The notes under the pieces were generated by a model that saw only the letters and a program-made list of their open reading frames with translations, had not been told where the DNA came from and searched no databases. Source: Choristocarpus tenellus KU-1152 (lineage: Eukaryota; Protista; Phaeophyceae). From it: a DNA stretch of 46,215 nt. This document shows positions 1 through 12,100 of this stretch, in pieces (within the stretch, counting starts at the first letter, position 1; the number at the start of each line of letters is the position of its first letter). Made by a program: the position numbers and the translations under genes. Location of the stretch: the NCBI GenBank assembly GCA_964200185.2, contig CAXNAD020000021.1, forward strand, positions 1 through 46,215, in the 5' to 3' direction.

Positions 1-73
1 AAGAACCCAAGGGAAGCCAAGTCCCAAATGGACAAACAGGGCAAAACTCGTACCCTCTAAGATACTTTCACTC
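1..73 (+). mobile_element. MITE family A, copy 1 (right end only, truncated by window edge)
   Basis: GGGAAGCCAAG..CCAAATGGACAAACAGGGCAAAACTCGTACCCTCTAAGATACTTTCACTC matches the right end of the copies at 7366, 10296 and 42792. Confidence 0.85.
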
Positions 74-167
74 TTCACTCACAATACGAAGTATCACATT
101 TGACGATTGTAATGAAATCATTAGTGCAACTTGCACCAAGTTGAACTACCCACCCTCCCTTGCCCAC

Positions 168-3100
168 CTTGAGAGGTTGAGGTCAGTGAGCAAAGGACAA
201 CCCTTGGCGATTGCATGCATTCCTTCCACCGTTATTCCAGGACAACTGCTCATTGAAAGGTGTTTAAGTTTTGGCAGGTTTTCCCCAATAGCTCTTAGAG
301 ATGTCTTGGCAAGCTGGAAGCACCCATCAACAATGAGGGTACTCAAGTCTTGGCAGCCTTGAGTTAGGGCCTGCAGAAGAGATAAGAGAATTTGAGATGG
401 AAATTACCATTGGTATCAGATAATGATCACAGAAAAACATTGGGTTGACATGGGGTTATGTAGGCACACCTCACCACCACTGCTATCCACATAGAGTATT
501 GTCACCACTTGAAAATGTGACACTTATCCCTGCATGTTACTGTGGGGACTGACCTTCCAGGTCTCGTTATTCAATGACTTTTAGGTCACGAAAAACGGAA
601 ACATTGAGGCTTTGAAGAAATGAAATTTATTTTGGTCACACAGGCTCAATGTTTCTTTAAATCTCTACATAGACTATCATTTTCCCATCCACCTCTTCAT
701 CAATGTCTTCCCTCTCTTCTTCATCACTCTCTTCTACATCTTCAATCCCTAATACTCAAATGATGTCATCGTCAGTCCTAGGAGAAGAAGTGGAGCTCTC
801 CTCCCCCAGCTCACTCTGTCCATCCTCTCGAGCTGTCTTCAGCTTGAACTTCCTCTCGTCTGGGCACATTTGGCAGCTTCACTCAAGGCTAGTGACTCAG
901 TCTTCTTCTTCTTCCCCTTTCATGCATTGAACCCCTTGCCCACATTCAGTCTGAGTTTGAGCTCCAATTGTGATCCTCTTGTGTGTGTGTGATGAATGAC
1001 TCTGAACTGCACGAATCTGAGACCATGGGCCCCTCACTTCACACTGTTCTCAGCTACCACATCGAAGAATCTATAGCTTCAATGAAGGAAATAAGGTCAA
1101 GAATATTTCATGCACGATCCGTCAACTCTATCACAAATAGTGTAACTTTCAAGCACCACAGTGCAACTGCTAGGACTCCCTTCCAGACTAAATGAACTCA
1201 TGTGGAACGACAGGATCTTGCTCTTTCTAATGCTCCACTCAGTGTCAATAAGTCGTGAGGGTTTCACTAGTGATACAACAAGAAGTGATAAAAACTGAAT
1301 ATGGGCATCTACGAAGAGTGGTCCAAAATCCGAGTTTTCATTCCAACCTAGTTGTTCCTTGCGAATGTTACACAATACCCTTCATTTGTGAGACTTGCAT
1401 TGCACACTTGTCCAGTACTATATTTTTCCTCAACTCTCAGGGCATAGCTTATGCTTCTCCACTTGTGCATAATCTCAACACTTTCCTTTCACTACAAGAA
1501 AAATACAACTTGTGCACCTTCACCTCAATCCACGTTTCAATATATCATTGAGAAGAACGTGACAGTTCAAAGTAATGTGAATTTCTCCATGTAACTGCCA
1601 GTCACAATGTGTCTTCAGGGAGGAGGTGGAATATTCAGTGATATTGCTTGGGTCAGAGAACGCCTATCACACCTTAGGGCATGAAAACAGCGATCATTTC
1701 CTGGAATAATATGATTATTGCTTTGAGTGAGTATGCTCAGATCTGCGACCAAGGAGGTTGCATCTTCTTTATGTATTTCTTATATTGTCCAGGTGCTTAT
1801 AGGGTGGCCTAGGCATATCATATTCCCCTCATAGTTGTACAATTTAAACTGCTGTGCATCAAAAATTCTGCAGTTGCTTGTTTTGTGTGATACTAGGGAT
1901 TTACATAGTGGTACCTAAATAGCAGCATATGAGCGAGAATATAGTCAAAATAATAATCGATTTGCCAACCCTAAGGGAATGTATAGGCTATCTCTTCAAT
2001 ATATGGTCGAGATGTCCACCCAAATTTAATCTATGTCATCCTAAAGGGAATGGAGGCACAGTCTCCAAGATATAGGATCAATCCTTTATGGATACATAAT
2101 CTTGTCAGGTCCTCCCCCCTTTTGTCCCAGAGTTTCATCTCCAATGAATATCTCACCAATACCTAGACTTTGTTTGTACGCTTTCAAGGCTTGAACAAAA
2201 ATAGAACCCGTGGGGATATCAGGGAGTACCATCGGAGGATAATGGTGGGAAGATAATGACAGTCTACATTGTACAAAGGGGTAATGATCATTGAGGTGTA
2301 CATTCTCTAATATAGCAATGTAAGGGGTAGAACGTCATTTCAATTGATGGCTCATGTGTCACAGCGCTTCCACACTCCCTATAGCATGCACTGACCTGAA
2401 TACCCGTCTCAGCAAATCCCCTCTTCAGTCCATCGGACAGCATGATAAAGCCACTCATGTCTAGCGTCTCAAGTGAGGAACATCCACTTCCAAGGTGTCC
2501 AACTCCTGTGTCTGTCACTAATTTGAGCCCCTTGAGACCCAGGTGTTTCAAATTATGGCAGTTCTCTGCCAGACATATCACGCCAGCATTGGTCACCTGA
2601 TGCAGAGCATGAAGGTGAATACTAAGACAGACTTCCTCTACTGTAAACAATACATGGGGAATAGTGCCACAATGCAGCCCTGGATTCACCACTCCTGCCA
2701 TAATAAGTTATCTTCAAGAACGATAACAACTTACTAAGTGTTTTTCCCATGGCAGACACAAATTGGGAGTGATTCGTTATATTGGTGAGTTGCAGGTTGG
2801 CAGAAACTCACCAGATTGAGTCCCAGGTTTGAAGGTTGAAGAATGAAGGGTTAAGGACGAGAAGTGAGGGGCTTCAATGATTCAATATGCTGGTGGATTT
2901 CAGATCCCAACTAGTACAGCAAACTTGAGGTCATAGGAAGAGGACACTCCAAGGAGGTTCCACAATCATCCCCCTGGTAGACTGAGATGGATTTGGACTA
3001 TTTGATGTATGAGCAATTTTTCCTGCATCTTTGTCCATGACAGTCTCAGTCAGGACTTCCGATTTCTCAAACATTCTACCACGCAGTCAAGTCCACCCCA

Positions 3101-6100
3101 TTGCTATTTCTTACAAGGTATGACGGGAAGATGTTCATAATGCCCGACTTTGCCCCTTTCAAAAGGATCTCCTCGAATGCATTGTCTTTATGTCAATAAT
3201 AGTTGCAGAATATGGGTTGCTTTACTTCCAACCATGTTGATGGTAGAACCCAAACTGTTCCTCCTTGTATGAAGAGTTTTGACTTGTCGAGGTAGGACTT
3301 CCTTACATCAATCATGTTCAGGGTATAACCCAAAATGTTGCACAGTCCGGTTGGTGTGAAGAAAAATAACTCTTTCTTGAACAAGTGACAATCAGTAAGT
3401 GTTCACCATACTAGAAATATGTTCATTATATCACCATGGTTACCTTGTCACAGCCGGTAATGTCTAGGTAGGATAGTGCAGGACAACCCAGGCTCATCCA
3501 GCTAAGGCCTACGTCGTTTACACCGTCACAGCCAGAAATGTCCAGCCACTGTAGCAAGGGGCATCGTTCTCCAAGTGCCTTGAACAGAGAGAGGAATCAA
3601 CATCAAAAGAAAGGAACATCTGTAGAAGATATATTTGACTCCGTCAAGATTTTTTCTGTTACCACTGCTTGCTGAAGGTAGTTTTAGTATTGTGTGTTCT
3701 TGATTATGTGTGCAATTTGAGCATCATTGTGGAAAAGAAATGCTATCTCCAAATGATCAGTGGTCCACCATGCAAACTTAAGAAGGATAATGAAAATATA
3801 TTGTGCTCGGTATAGTATTGCCTTAATGTGTTTGAGGAGGCATAGTAACAAAGTATGCGACAATGCACTATTGCACAAGGGACAAGAACTGCCTGCCAAT
3901 TCAGCTTACACACGTTAGCTTCCTCTACTTATTCTATGCTCCATTTCCGAGTACTGTAACATGTACTAATATTCTTCATTGTCTGTGCTCATGAGGATTT
4001 CTGACATGATGTTATTGTGAAAAAATGAATCGTGCAGAGTGATAGAAATTAAAATCTGGGCTAACCCTAACTGTTATTTCCACCTCCTAAATCATGCTCC
4101 ACCACCTCCCCTACAGTACCCATAGTCCCAGGTTCAATAAGACATACTGCAGAATGTCCAAGTCGCATATTGGGTGGAATGTGATGACAAGAAGGTGGCG
4201 CTGTCAAGTCTTTGAGGTGACCTAGAAAACAGTGGCACATGGAATTCTTACTCACCAATAGTGTTACTTCTCCAATTTTGAATGGAAGCTCCGACCGAGA
4301 GAGGTCCAACCATTGGAGACAAGTGCAATTTCTTGCCAGCTCCAGCATGCCTGCATCAGAAACCTGCAATGTGGAACTGTGAAGCCTTACGGAGGAGAAG
4401 AATTGGAACTCTACCCTTAGAAACTCTTGGATATTGGTAACTAGACTGTATAAGACTAATTCCACGTGTAGGCTGTACCTGCTTCAAGGAGGAACTGAGA
4501 CAAGTACGAAGTGCCACATCACAGAGTGACTCAATCCACTGTGAAAAGCTATGAAAGCAATCCTAGTTGCAAAATAGTAGGCTGGATGCAGTCAAGTAAT
4601 TCTACCAGCACAGTGTACTGTATTCACTCTGACCTGCTTGCAGTTCTTTAAGTTGAGCTTGGATAGCCCCTTGCATCCATCAGCAAGTTCCTTCAACTGA
4701 TCGTCTCCCAGTTTGGGACAGTTGGGAAGCATTACCACCTCTAGCAATGGACATCCACGAAATATTCTGGTCAATACCCAGTGTCCAACCTGCTGACATA
4801 GTTAAGAGCTGAATGTAAAAGTTGGGCAGCAAATTAATGCGTACTATATTGTGTACTTCTTTTCTCAACTCCCTTTTTCAGGATACAAGTGATAGGAATG
4901 CAATCTCAGTTTGTGTCTTCGAATTATGCTAGATCCATATGCATAAGTTCTATCACAACAAATTACTGGTATAAAACAAAAGTACACTGCCTGATATTGG
5001 CAATGAATCAGAAAAGATGCAAGAGAATCAAATTGAGATCTGGTGTTTATATCATTATTGCAAAAAGAAGGTAACGTTACTGCCCATTCAAGGTTTACTA
5101 CTAATCAATTTTGTGCAAGGACATATCACCGACCTAAGGGATGATCAAGAAAGTCAGTACAATGTAATACCTCTAGGGAGAACAAAAATGGACCACATTG
5201 AGGTTTTGCCTGTTGTCTCAATATGTCTAATCAAAATAGACTATGGGACATACAACTTCCTGGACATTCTTATGCTGCATAGTACACTGATAGCTTTGAT
5301 ATGGATAGAGTAATGGCATCTTGTATTATGCAACATAGAACCTGCTACCTAGAAAAATTAGGATTGAAACATTTTTCTGCTCCCCACTTTCAAGGGGGAA
5401 CACATAAATTTGAAATATAACCAACTAGAATATGCCTCGTTTCCATTGACTGCTTTGAGACTGTGGGAGTGGGTTCGGAGTGGCCTTGAACCCTCGAGTA
5501 ATAGAGGATTTTTTAGGTGGAACTGTGCTAGAACAAAATGTGGAGAAGGTAGGCAAGGAATGGTGCCCAGCTTGATGGAGAAATAGCGCTGTGGTCCTGA
5601 GTATGATCCTGAATGATTGCATGAAGATGCCAAGGACAGGATTGACGCAAATTTTCTTAATTGTAATTGTAGTAAGATAATGTAAAGGGAGCAGTTACTT
5701 GTTTACGTTGATAGCATTCTTTTAAGTGCTCAATACCTCAGGGCAGGCGAGTGGAGATTTGGGAGATATTCACATGGCATGAGAGATGGAGGGCTTGCCA
5801 AGCGTATATGATGACAGCTAGGCTGCAGAGGTGGCAACAACAGATAAGGGACAGAATCTAGTTCATCTTCCAACCCAGAAAACACACGTTGTATGAAAAG
5901 ATCAACATGTTTATTTCTATAGCTTGGAGAAATGCTTTCTGGCGTGGACTGCTTTGGGGAACTAAAAGGACACATTGCTGGTAGAGGAACACATCAAAGT
6001 TGATCAAAGAAAATTTGGCACTATGGCCTTTGATATGTAAAAGATATCCAAGGCCAGCATGCCTATAGGGTGAACTGGTGTCTAGCACTTCTGAAGTAGC

Positions 6101-9100
6101 ATAGGGGGTGGTTAAATATTTTGACACTCATTCGAAGATCTATGGGAATTTGTGCTTCTACCATGCATGAAACATCATGGGAGAGCACACAAGTCCTGCA
6201 AGTCCATCTCACTGTTGTTTGTTCCTGGAGAGCAACAACCCTGCTAAGAAATCGTGCTCATCAAGCTGGTCTCGCCTAGAGGGATGAGGTTGTGAAATTG
6301 GATGAGGAGGAGATTTTGCACGCTCTGCACAACTGTTTACGGGAACAGAATATACTCATCAAATGCGGAGCTCTGGTGGCTAGGTAGTAGGACAAAATAA
6401 GGTACCGATTGGTTGTTGTTACTTTGGAGATCCTTATCCCAATCTCTCCCTTCCTATGCCCTAATATGGTCTTCCCTTCCTCAGATTGTTGCTGTAAGTG
6501 TGAAAAAATAGGACACACCTGACCCAGGATTGCAATAGTGGGTAGCGCTGATTCCTTGAATGAGCAGTCAAGTAATTGCTATGCAAATAGAAAGTTCAGG
6601 ATGGACCACGTGGCAGCGATAGTGATAGCGGAGGAGGCAAAAGGCGAAATGGCAGAGTAAATGTTTTTGAAGGAGTAGCTGATAAGCAGAACTTCAAATG
6701 ATAGAACCTTGGTATGTTCACTGCTCCTGATAGAGGGTAGAAAATATCTAAATATTGGAGAGGATTGATTCTTCTAGAGCACGTGTACAACGCATAATGG
6801 TAACAACGTCAATTTTTTTCTGACTGAAAGCCTGCGTCAGTGACACCAAAACTGGAGAAGTTGTGGGGGACGGAAATGAACTCAAGTTTGTTGCATATAG
6901 GGAAACCATAGAAAAACATAGGGGAGCTATTGCTCAAAAAAATTGTTTGGATTAAGGCTTCTTTTTTCCTGCAATCGAAACACTGCATTTTGTGTAGAAA
7001 GTGCAGATGGGAGCTCCATCCTTTACAATTTACTTCTCATTACCTCCACCTGAGTAGGAACCGAGAATCCCAACGTTTCTCCACAAATCAAGGGACAAAA
7101 TTGTTTGGTGGCACGTGCATTGGTAACGAGAGAAGAATTTATCTTAACCACTCTCTAAGGCATTCCTGCTTTGAAGCTTTCAAGAGTGGTTGGTAGAACC
7201 ATGTCTTATTCAAATCAGTAGTGTGTAAGAGTTGTCCCTGCCAACTACTTCACGAAGACCAACCCCGCCCCACCCCCCAGGATCAACAGGGATGCTACGA
7301 CATAACGTTTTGCTGTTCTTTGGGAAAAAGAGAAGTCGGCCTGGTCCGGTGTGTTGTTTGTTATAGAGTCAAAGTATCTTAGGGGGTAGAGCCGTTTCCG
7401 TTTGGGGGCCAAAATCCAATGTTGCGATTTTGATGGAATTTTGACTATCATATTTGTTAGGGAATGTCAACATCCTTGTTCCGGACACACAATTTCATAA
7501 CAGACACATATTACCTACTCCGAAACATTTTGGAGTAGGAAAATGTCATAAAAGAAAAACATGGGAAGCCAAGCCCCAAATGGACAAAGATGAAAAAACT
7601 CGTACCCTCCAAGATACTTTCACTGGTAGTGATGTCAATCCTGTCGGGTGAACAGGCGATCGATTGTTTGTTGATTGAAGGGGGTGAAACAACCGGATAC
7701 CTCTTTCCCGCTGAAAATAGGTCACCTGTTGCTGCCCCCCTTCCCTTGTGGGTACATGGTGACATACAGCCTGCTCTGAATATAGACCTATACCGAATGC
7801 ACCTTCAACTGCGGCATCAGGGGGAGTCTCTGGCTTCCAAGTACACCCGAGATCAAAGTATCACCTTCACTAGGGAGTGTAGGACATGATACAAGGGGTG
7901 ACCATCAGCATGACATATTGAAAAGCACATAAGGTCAACGACATTCCTGAGTCAGGTTTGTATAGACATTTGTGGGTTATAACACTTTGCCTACAGCCAT
8001 AATTATTGGTACCCCCACATGATGCCCCCACATGATGCTGATGGTTTGTGAACAGTCAAAGATGATGTAGATCAGAGTCTGTCACTTCAAGGGATATTTT
8101 CTTGTGGTGTGGCAGATTTGGACAGCCTGTGCAATTAGTGTGTATTTCTTGATGAGGGGTTGTGATTCAAAGTATAGAATTCTCAAGGACTTTAGACAAG
8201 CATCAGATCCGGCACCAGTGCACTGTGTCGGGTAGTTTGCAGCTGAATGGGGAGGTGAAAAGAGCGCTTGTACGGATGAATGATGAGGAGCCGGTAACAA
8301 TGACTGAAGCTTGGGGGATAGACTTTCTTGGCTGACAGCACGGCAACCTCTGACCATACCAATTCCCCCACACTTCCACCAACCCCAACTGGTGTTGCTC
8401 CCTAAGAGATGTCCTTATCTGCCTGTGGTTGTTCTCATCCGTTCCAACAGCTTTGGGTGCTAGGGGGCACATTTATTTGGAAAGAGGGTTAATAGCTAGG
8501 CTCCAGTAGCCAAACCTTTCTTGGTACTAGCTTGAAGAGGGGATGTTATCCATCTATTTTGCAGCCCAAATTCTTGTTCTGGAATACGAGAGAATGGTTG
8601 AAAGGAGAGATAATATTGGGATCTTTATTTTTCCACTGCGTCGCCCACGGTTGGGGATCACAAAGCAGATCCAACGAACTAGATTTTTTTCTGGGAGCAA
8701 GGAAACTGATGTTGGAGTATGCAAGTTTGGGTCTGGGCAGGGAAGCTACATATTGTGCAAAGGAGGTGGATTGGTTCTATCACCCGTGACCCATAGTATC
8801 TTAGATGAGGGGGTGTTTAGCCCAGGTTGTCCCTTCGAGACTTGATGGTGTGTTGGAAGATACCTCAGTTGATGCCTGTTTTGCAAGTGATTTCCTTCGG
8901 ATTTGGTTCAGGCAGGGGATGGAAAAGGAAGGCCTGTTTAGATAAAGGAATTGCCCTTACATCTGAAAGGTTCACTCGTATGACATGGAAATCACTACAG
9001 GTTCAGGCAGGGGATGGAAAAGGAAGGCATATTTAGATAAAGGAATTGCCCTTACATCTTGAAGGTTCACTCGTACGACATGGAAATCACTACAGGTTCA

Positions 9101-12100
9101 CACGGGCCCCAAATGGACACCTGACCTCCCCTCTAGGACACTATGGGTCCGTGCAGCAGAGGGAGTAAGCTGTGATGGAGGGGGGTGATAACACCATAGA
9201 GGGTGGTTGCGTTCCAAACCTACACAGCAGCAGTTTCCACAGTAGCCCATTCCTCTTGTTTCCAAATATGAAGCAGTCAGAAATAGCACAGGAAGTTTTG
9301 TGGGGACTGAATATACAGAACTGTGTTACAACAGTCCATGCTAATCCACTGCCCTCTTTTTGCAAATGAGAAGTCCCCAGGATATTTCTTGGTAAAAAAA
9401 GAGTAGGGATACCAGCTAGGTTGATTTCTACATAACCTGCTTTACCGGGGATAGAGCAGCATCAAGAATTGCCAAGTGCAGCTGCTTTGTACTAGAAAGA
9501 AGGGAACATGGATGGCATCTTTGGTTCAACTGCATGATCGTGCCGGCAATGTCAGTAGTGGGAAGGAATGGCAAGCTTCCTAGGGCTAACATCCAAAGAG
9601 GAAATATGCTGGGCTTTGTAAGACGCCTTTCCATGGTGCACCCAACCCTTGCGCACCTTAATATCTTCACTCATCATTTTCATTGCCTTACCCCCTCTTC
9701 CTCTCCTCAGTTGATATGTCAACACTCCATTTGCCTTATCCGCACACGTTGGTCTGGATTGTGTCTCTTGTCTTGGCCTCAGTTCTTGGCCCAATATCCC
9801 TACCTGCTACCCTGAGACCTTCTTCCCATCACTTCTCCCCCATCATTCTATCTTGCACTTAAGGGTACAATCCAACACCATACACACCCTCTTTCCATTC
9901 GCATCAAGTGACCACATCTCTGTTTGTCATTCCACATTTCCATCTCTGCTCCATCAGTGCGCATGTGCGCGCACATCATCTACCTTCCAGCCTTCTTTGC
10001 CCTGCTGCCTAGAGCCACTCCCCCCCATGAGAGAAGAGTTGCCATCGCCTATGCTTGATCACTCTACCCCAACTCCGATATCCGCCTCATGAAGTTACCC
10101 ACACCTACCTGGTCCTCAACTACCAATGACCTTGTCCTCTAACACTCAAGCTTACCAACCATTTTTCAGCTACTACAGCCGCAGAATTCCACTACCTGAC
10201 CACCAGCAAGCCCCCCCCCCGCACGCCTCAACACATTCTGCACTGAAATTTTGACTGTGGCATTCCCCCCCACCACTAAAATCACTCTGAATCTTGAGTC
10301 GAAGTATCTTAGAGGGTAGAGCTGCGTCCATTTGGGAGTCAAATCCAATGTTATGATTTTGATGTAATTCTGGCTATTGTGTTGTTAGGAATTGTCAATA
10401 TCCTTGTTCCGGACCCACCTTTTCATAATGTCTACATTTTACCTACTCCGAAACATTTCAGGCTAGTAAAATGTCACAAAAACGGGTGGGAAGCCAAGCC
10501 CCAAAAGGACAAACAGGGCAAAACTCGTACCCTCTAGGATACTTTCACTCTCTTCCCGATTGTGATTCACAGTAGGACATTGTTCCTTTCCTGCATATCA
10601 CCAGTCTGCTTAACATTGCCCCCCTCATCATGCCTCCTCATCCCAGGAGAGACATACCAACACCTACTCTTAGATTTACTTATCACAGTATATTCTTCGG
10701 AGTGTTTTGACATTACGACCTTCTATACTGTGCCTAATTTCTTTCCTCCTGGCCAAGTAGGTGTGATGAATATGCGCATTACTAGCTCTCTAGCTTAGGA
10801 ATTTAATTGGACAGTGAAGAGCTTGGAGATATCTACTCCAAATGGGGCTCCGCACCCAATAGCACACCATGTGTATCCAGGCAAGACAAGGACCACACCC
10901 TTCATACGAGTGAAAGTATCTTGGAGGGTACGAGTTTTGCCCTATTTGTCCATTTGGGGCTTGGCTTCCCATGGGTTATTGTATGACATTTTCCTAGTCC
11001 ATAATATTTCGGGGTAGGTAAAATATATATGTTATGAAAAGGTGTGTCCGGAACAAGGATATTGACTCTCCCTAACAAACACGATAGCCAAAAATACATC
11101 AAAATCGCAACATTGGAATTTGGCCCCCAAATGGTCGCAGCTCTACCCTCTAAGATACTTTAGCCCATACCTCTCACAGGCGCCAGTGAGGGGTTAGTTC
11201 ATACCAGCATTGAACTGCTTGCCGGAAACCCCACCAGGTCTCCCACTCCTCCCTCAAAAAAACTCTCACCTCAATCCTGGCTGAGTGGTGACCATCTCCT
11301 GTCCTTCTTCCTACTACGATCTCTCCCCCCATACTCAAGTCGGCCACAGCTCCTACTCAAAACTCTATACTCCCCTCACACCGTGTATTTCCAACCAGAG
11401 CCCTTCACTCAACCAACCAACAATCAACATTTTATTGCTGATCGACCACACTTGGACCCACACCTATCACTAACCCCCAGACTAAACCCCTCCTGGTACC
11501 ACTGCCAACAATTCAATAACCGTACACCCGCTACCACCCCATGCCCTGGAGATTTCCCTGGGCGGCATCAGAGGAGTCCATGAGACAGCAACATCTTCTT
11601 CCTGGGGTGGCATGCACACCTTCCCTAGGGATTGCTTTAATGTGCACCAACAACTACCCTACCTCAGGTCCTGGTGGCTTCACCACCTACATCCCCTATG
11701 TCGTCATTGAACATTAATGACCGCGGTGCTCCCCTCAATGTTCTTGCTAACATCTGGAGAAGTAGGCACACATTCCCGGTCTCCATGGTCTTTATAGTCC
11801 ACACCACATCCTGACTCCCCACTGTGGGGTATTAGCGACCCCCAATATGGCACTATCCTTTTATTGAGGTAGCACGTGACTTGGGGTTCTGCACTGACAA
11901 GTGTCCACACTTAGAGCAGCGTAACTCTGAGCCAAGGGCCAAATAGAAGCAGTGGTGTCAGCAAAATATTTCATGCCTGCTGAACATGGTTTGCTTTTCC
12001 CCCTTTCACACCCTGCTGACCAACCTCCCTTATGATCTGACACCTGCAAAGGAATCTTGCTCTCTGATTCTCTAGTCCACCACAGGAGCAAGAGTGGGCA

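Noticed and set aside
7245-7889. Recurring ORF motifs (LYPLRYFDS, NILVPDT, KLVPSKILSL) suggesting a peptide family
   Set aside because: They are translations of the MITE copies. Frames and stops are not conserved between copies.
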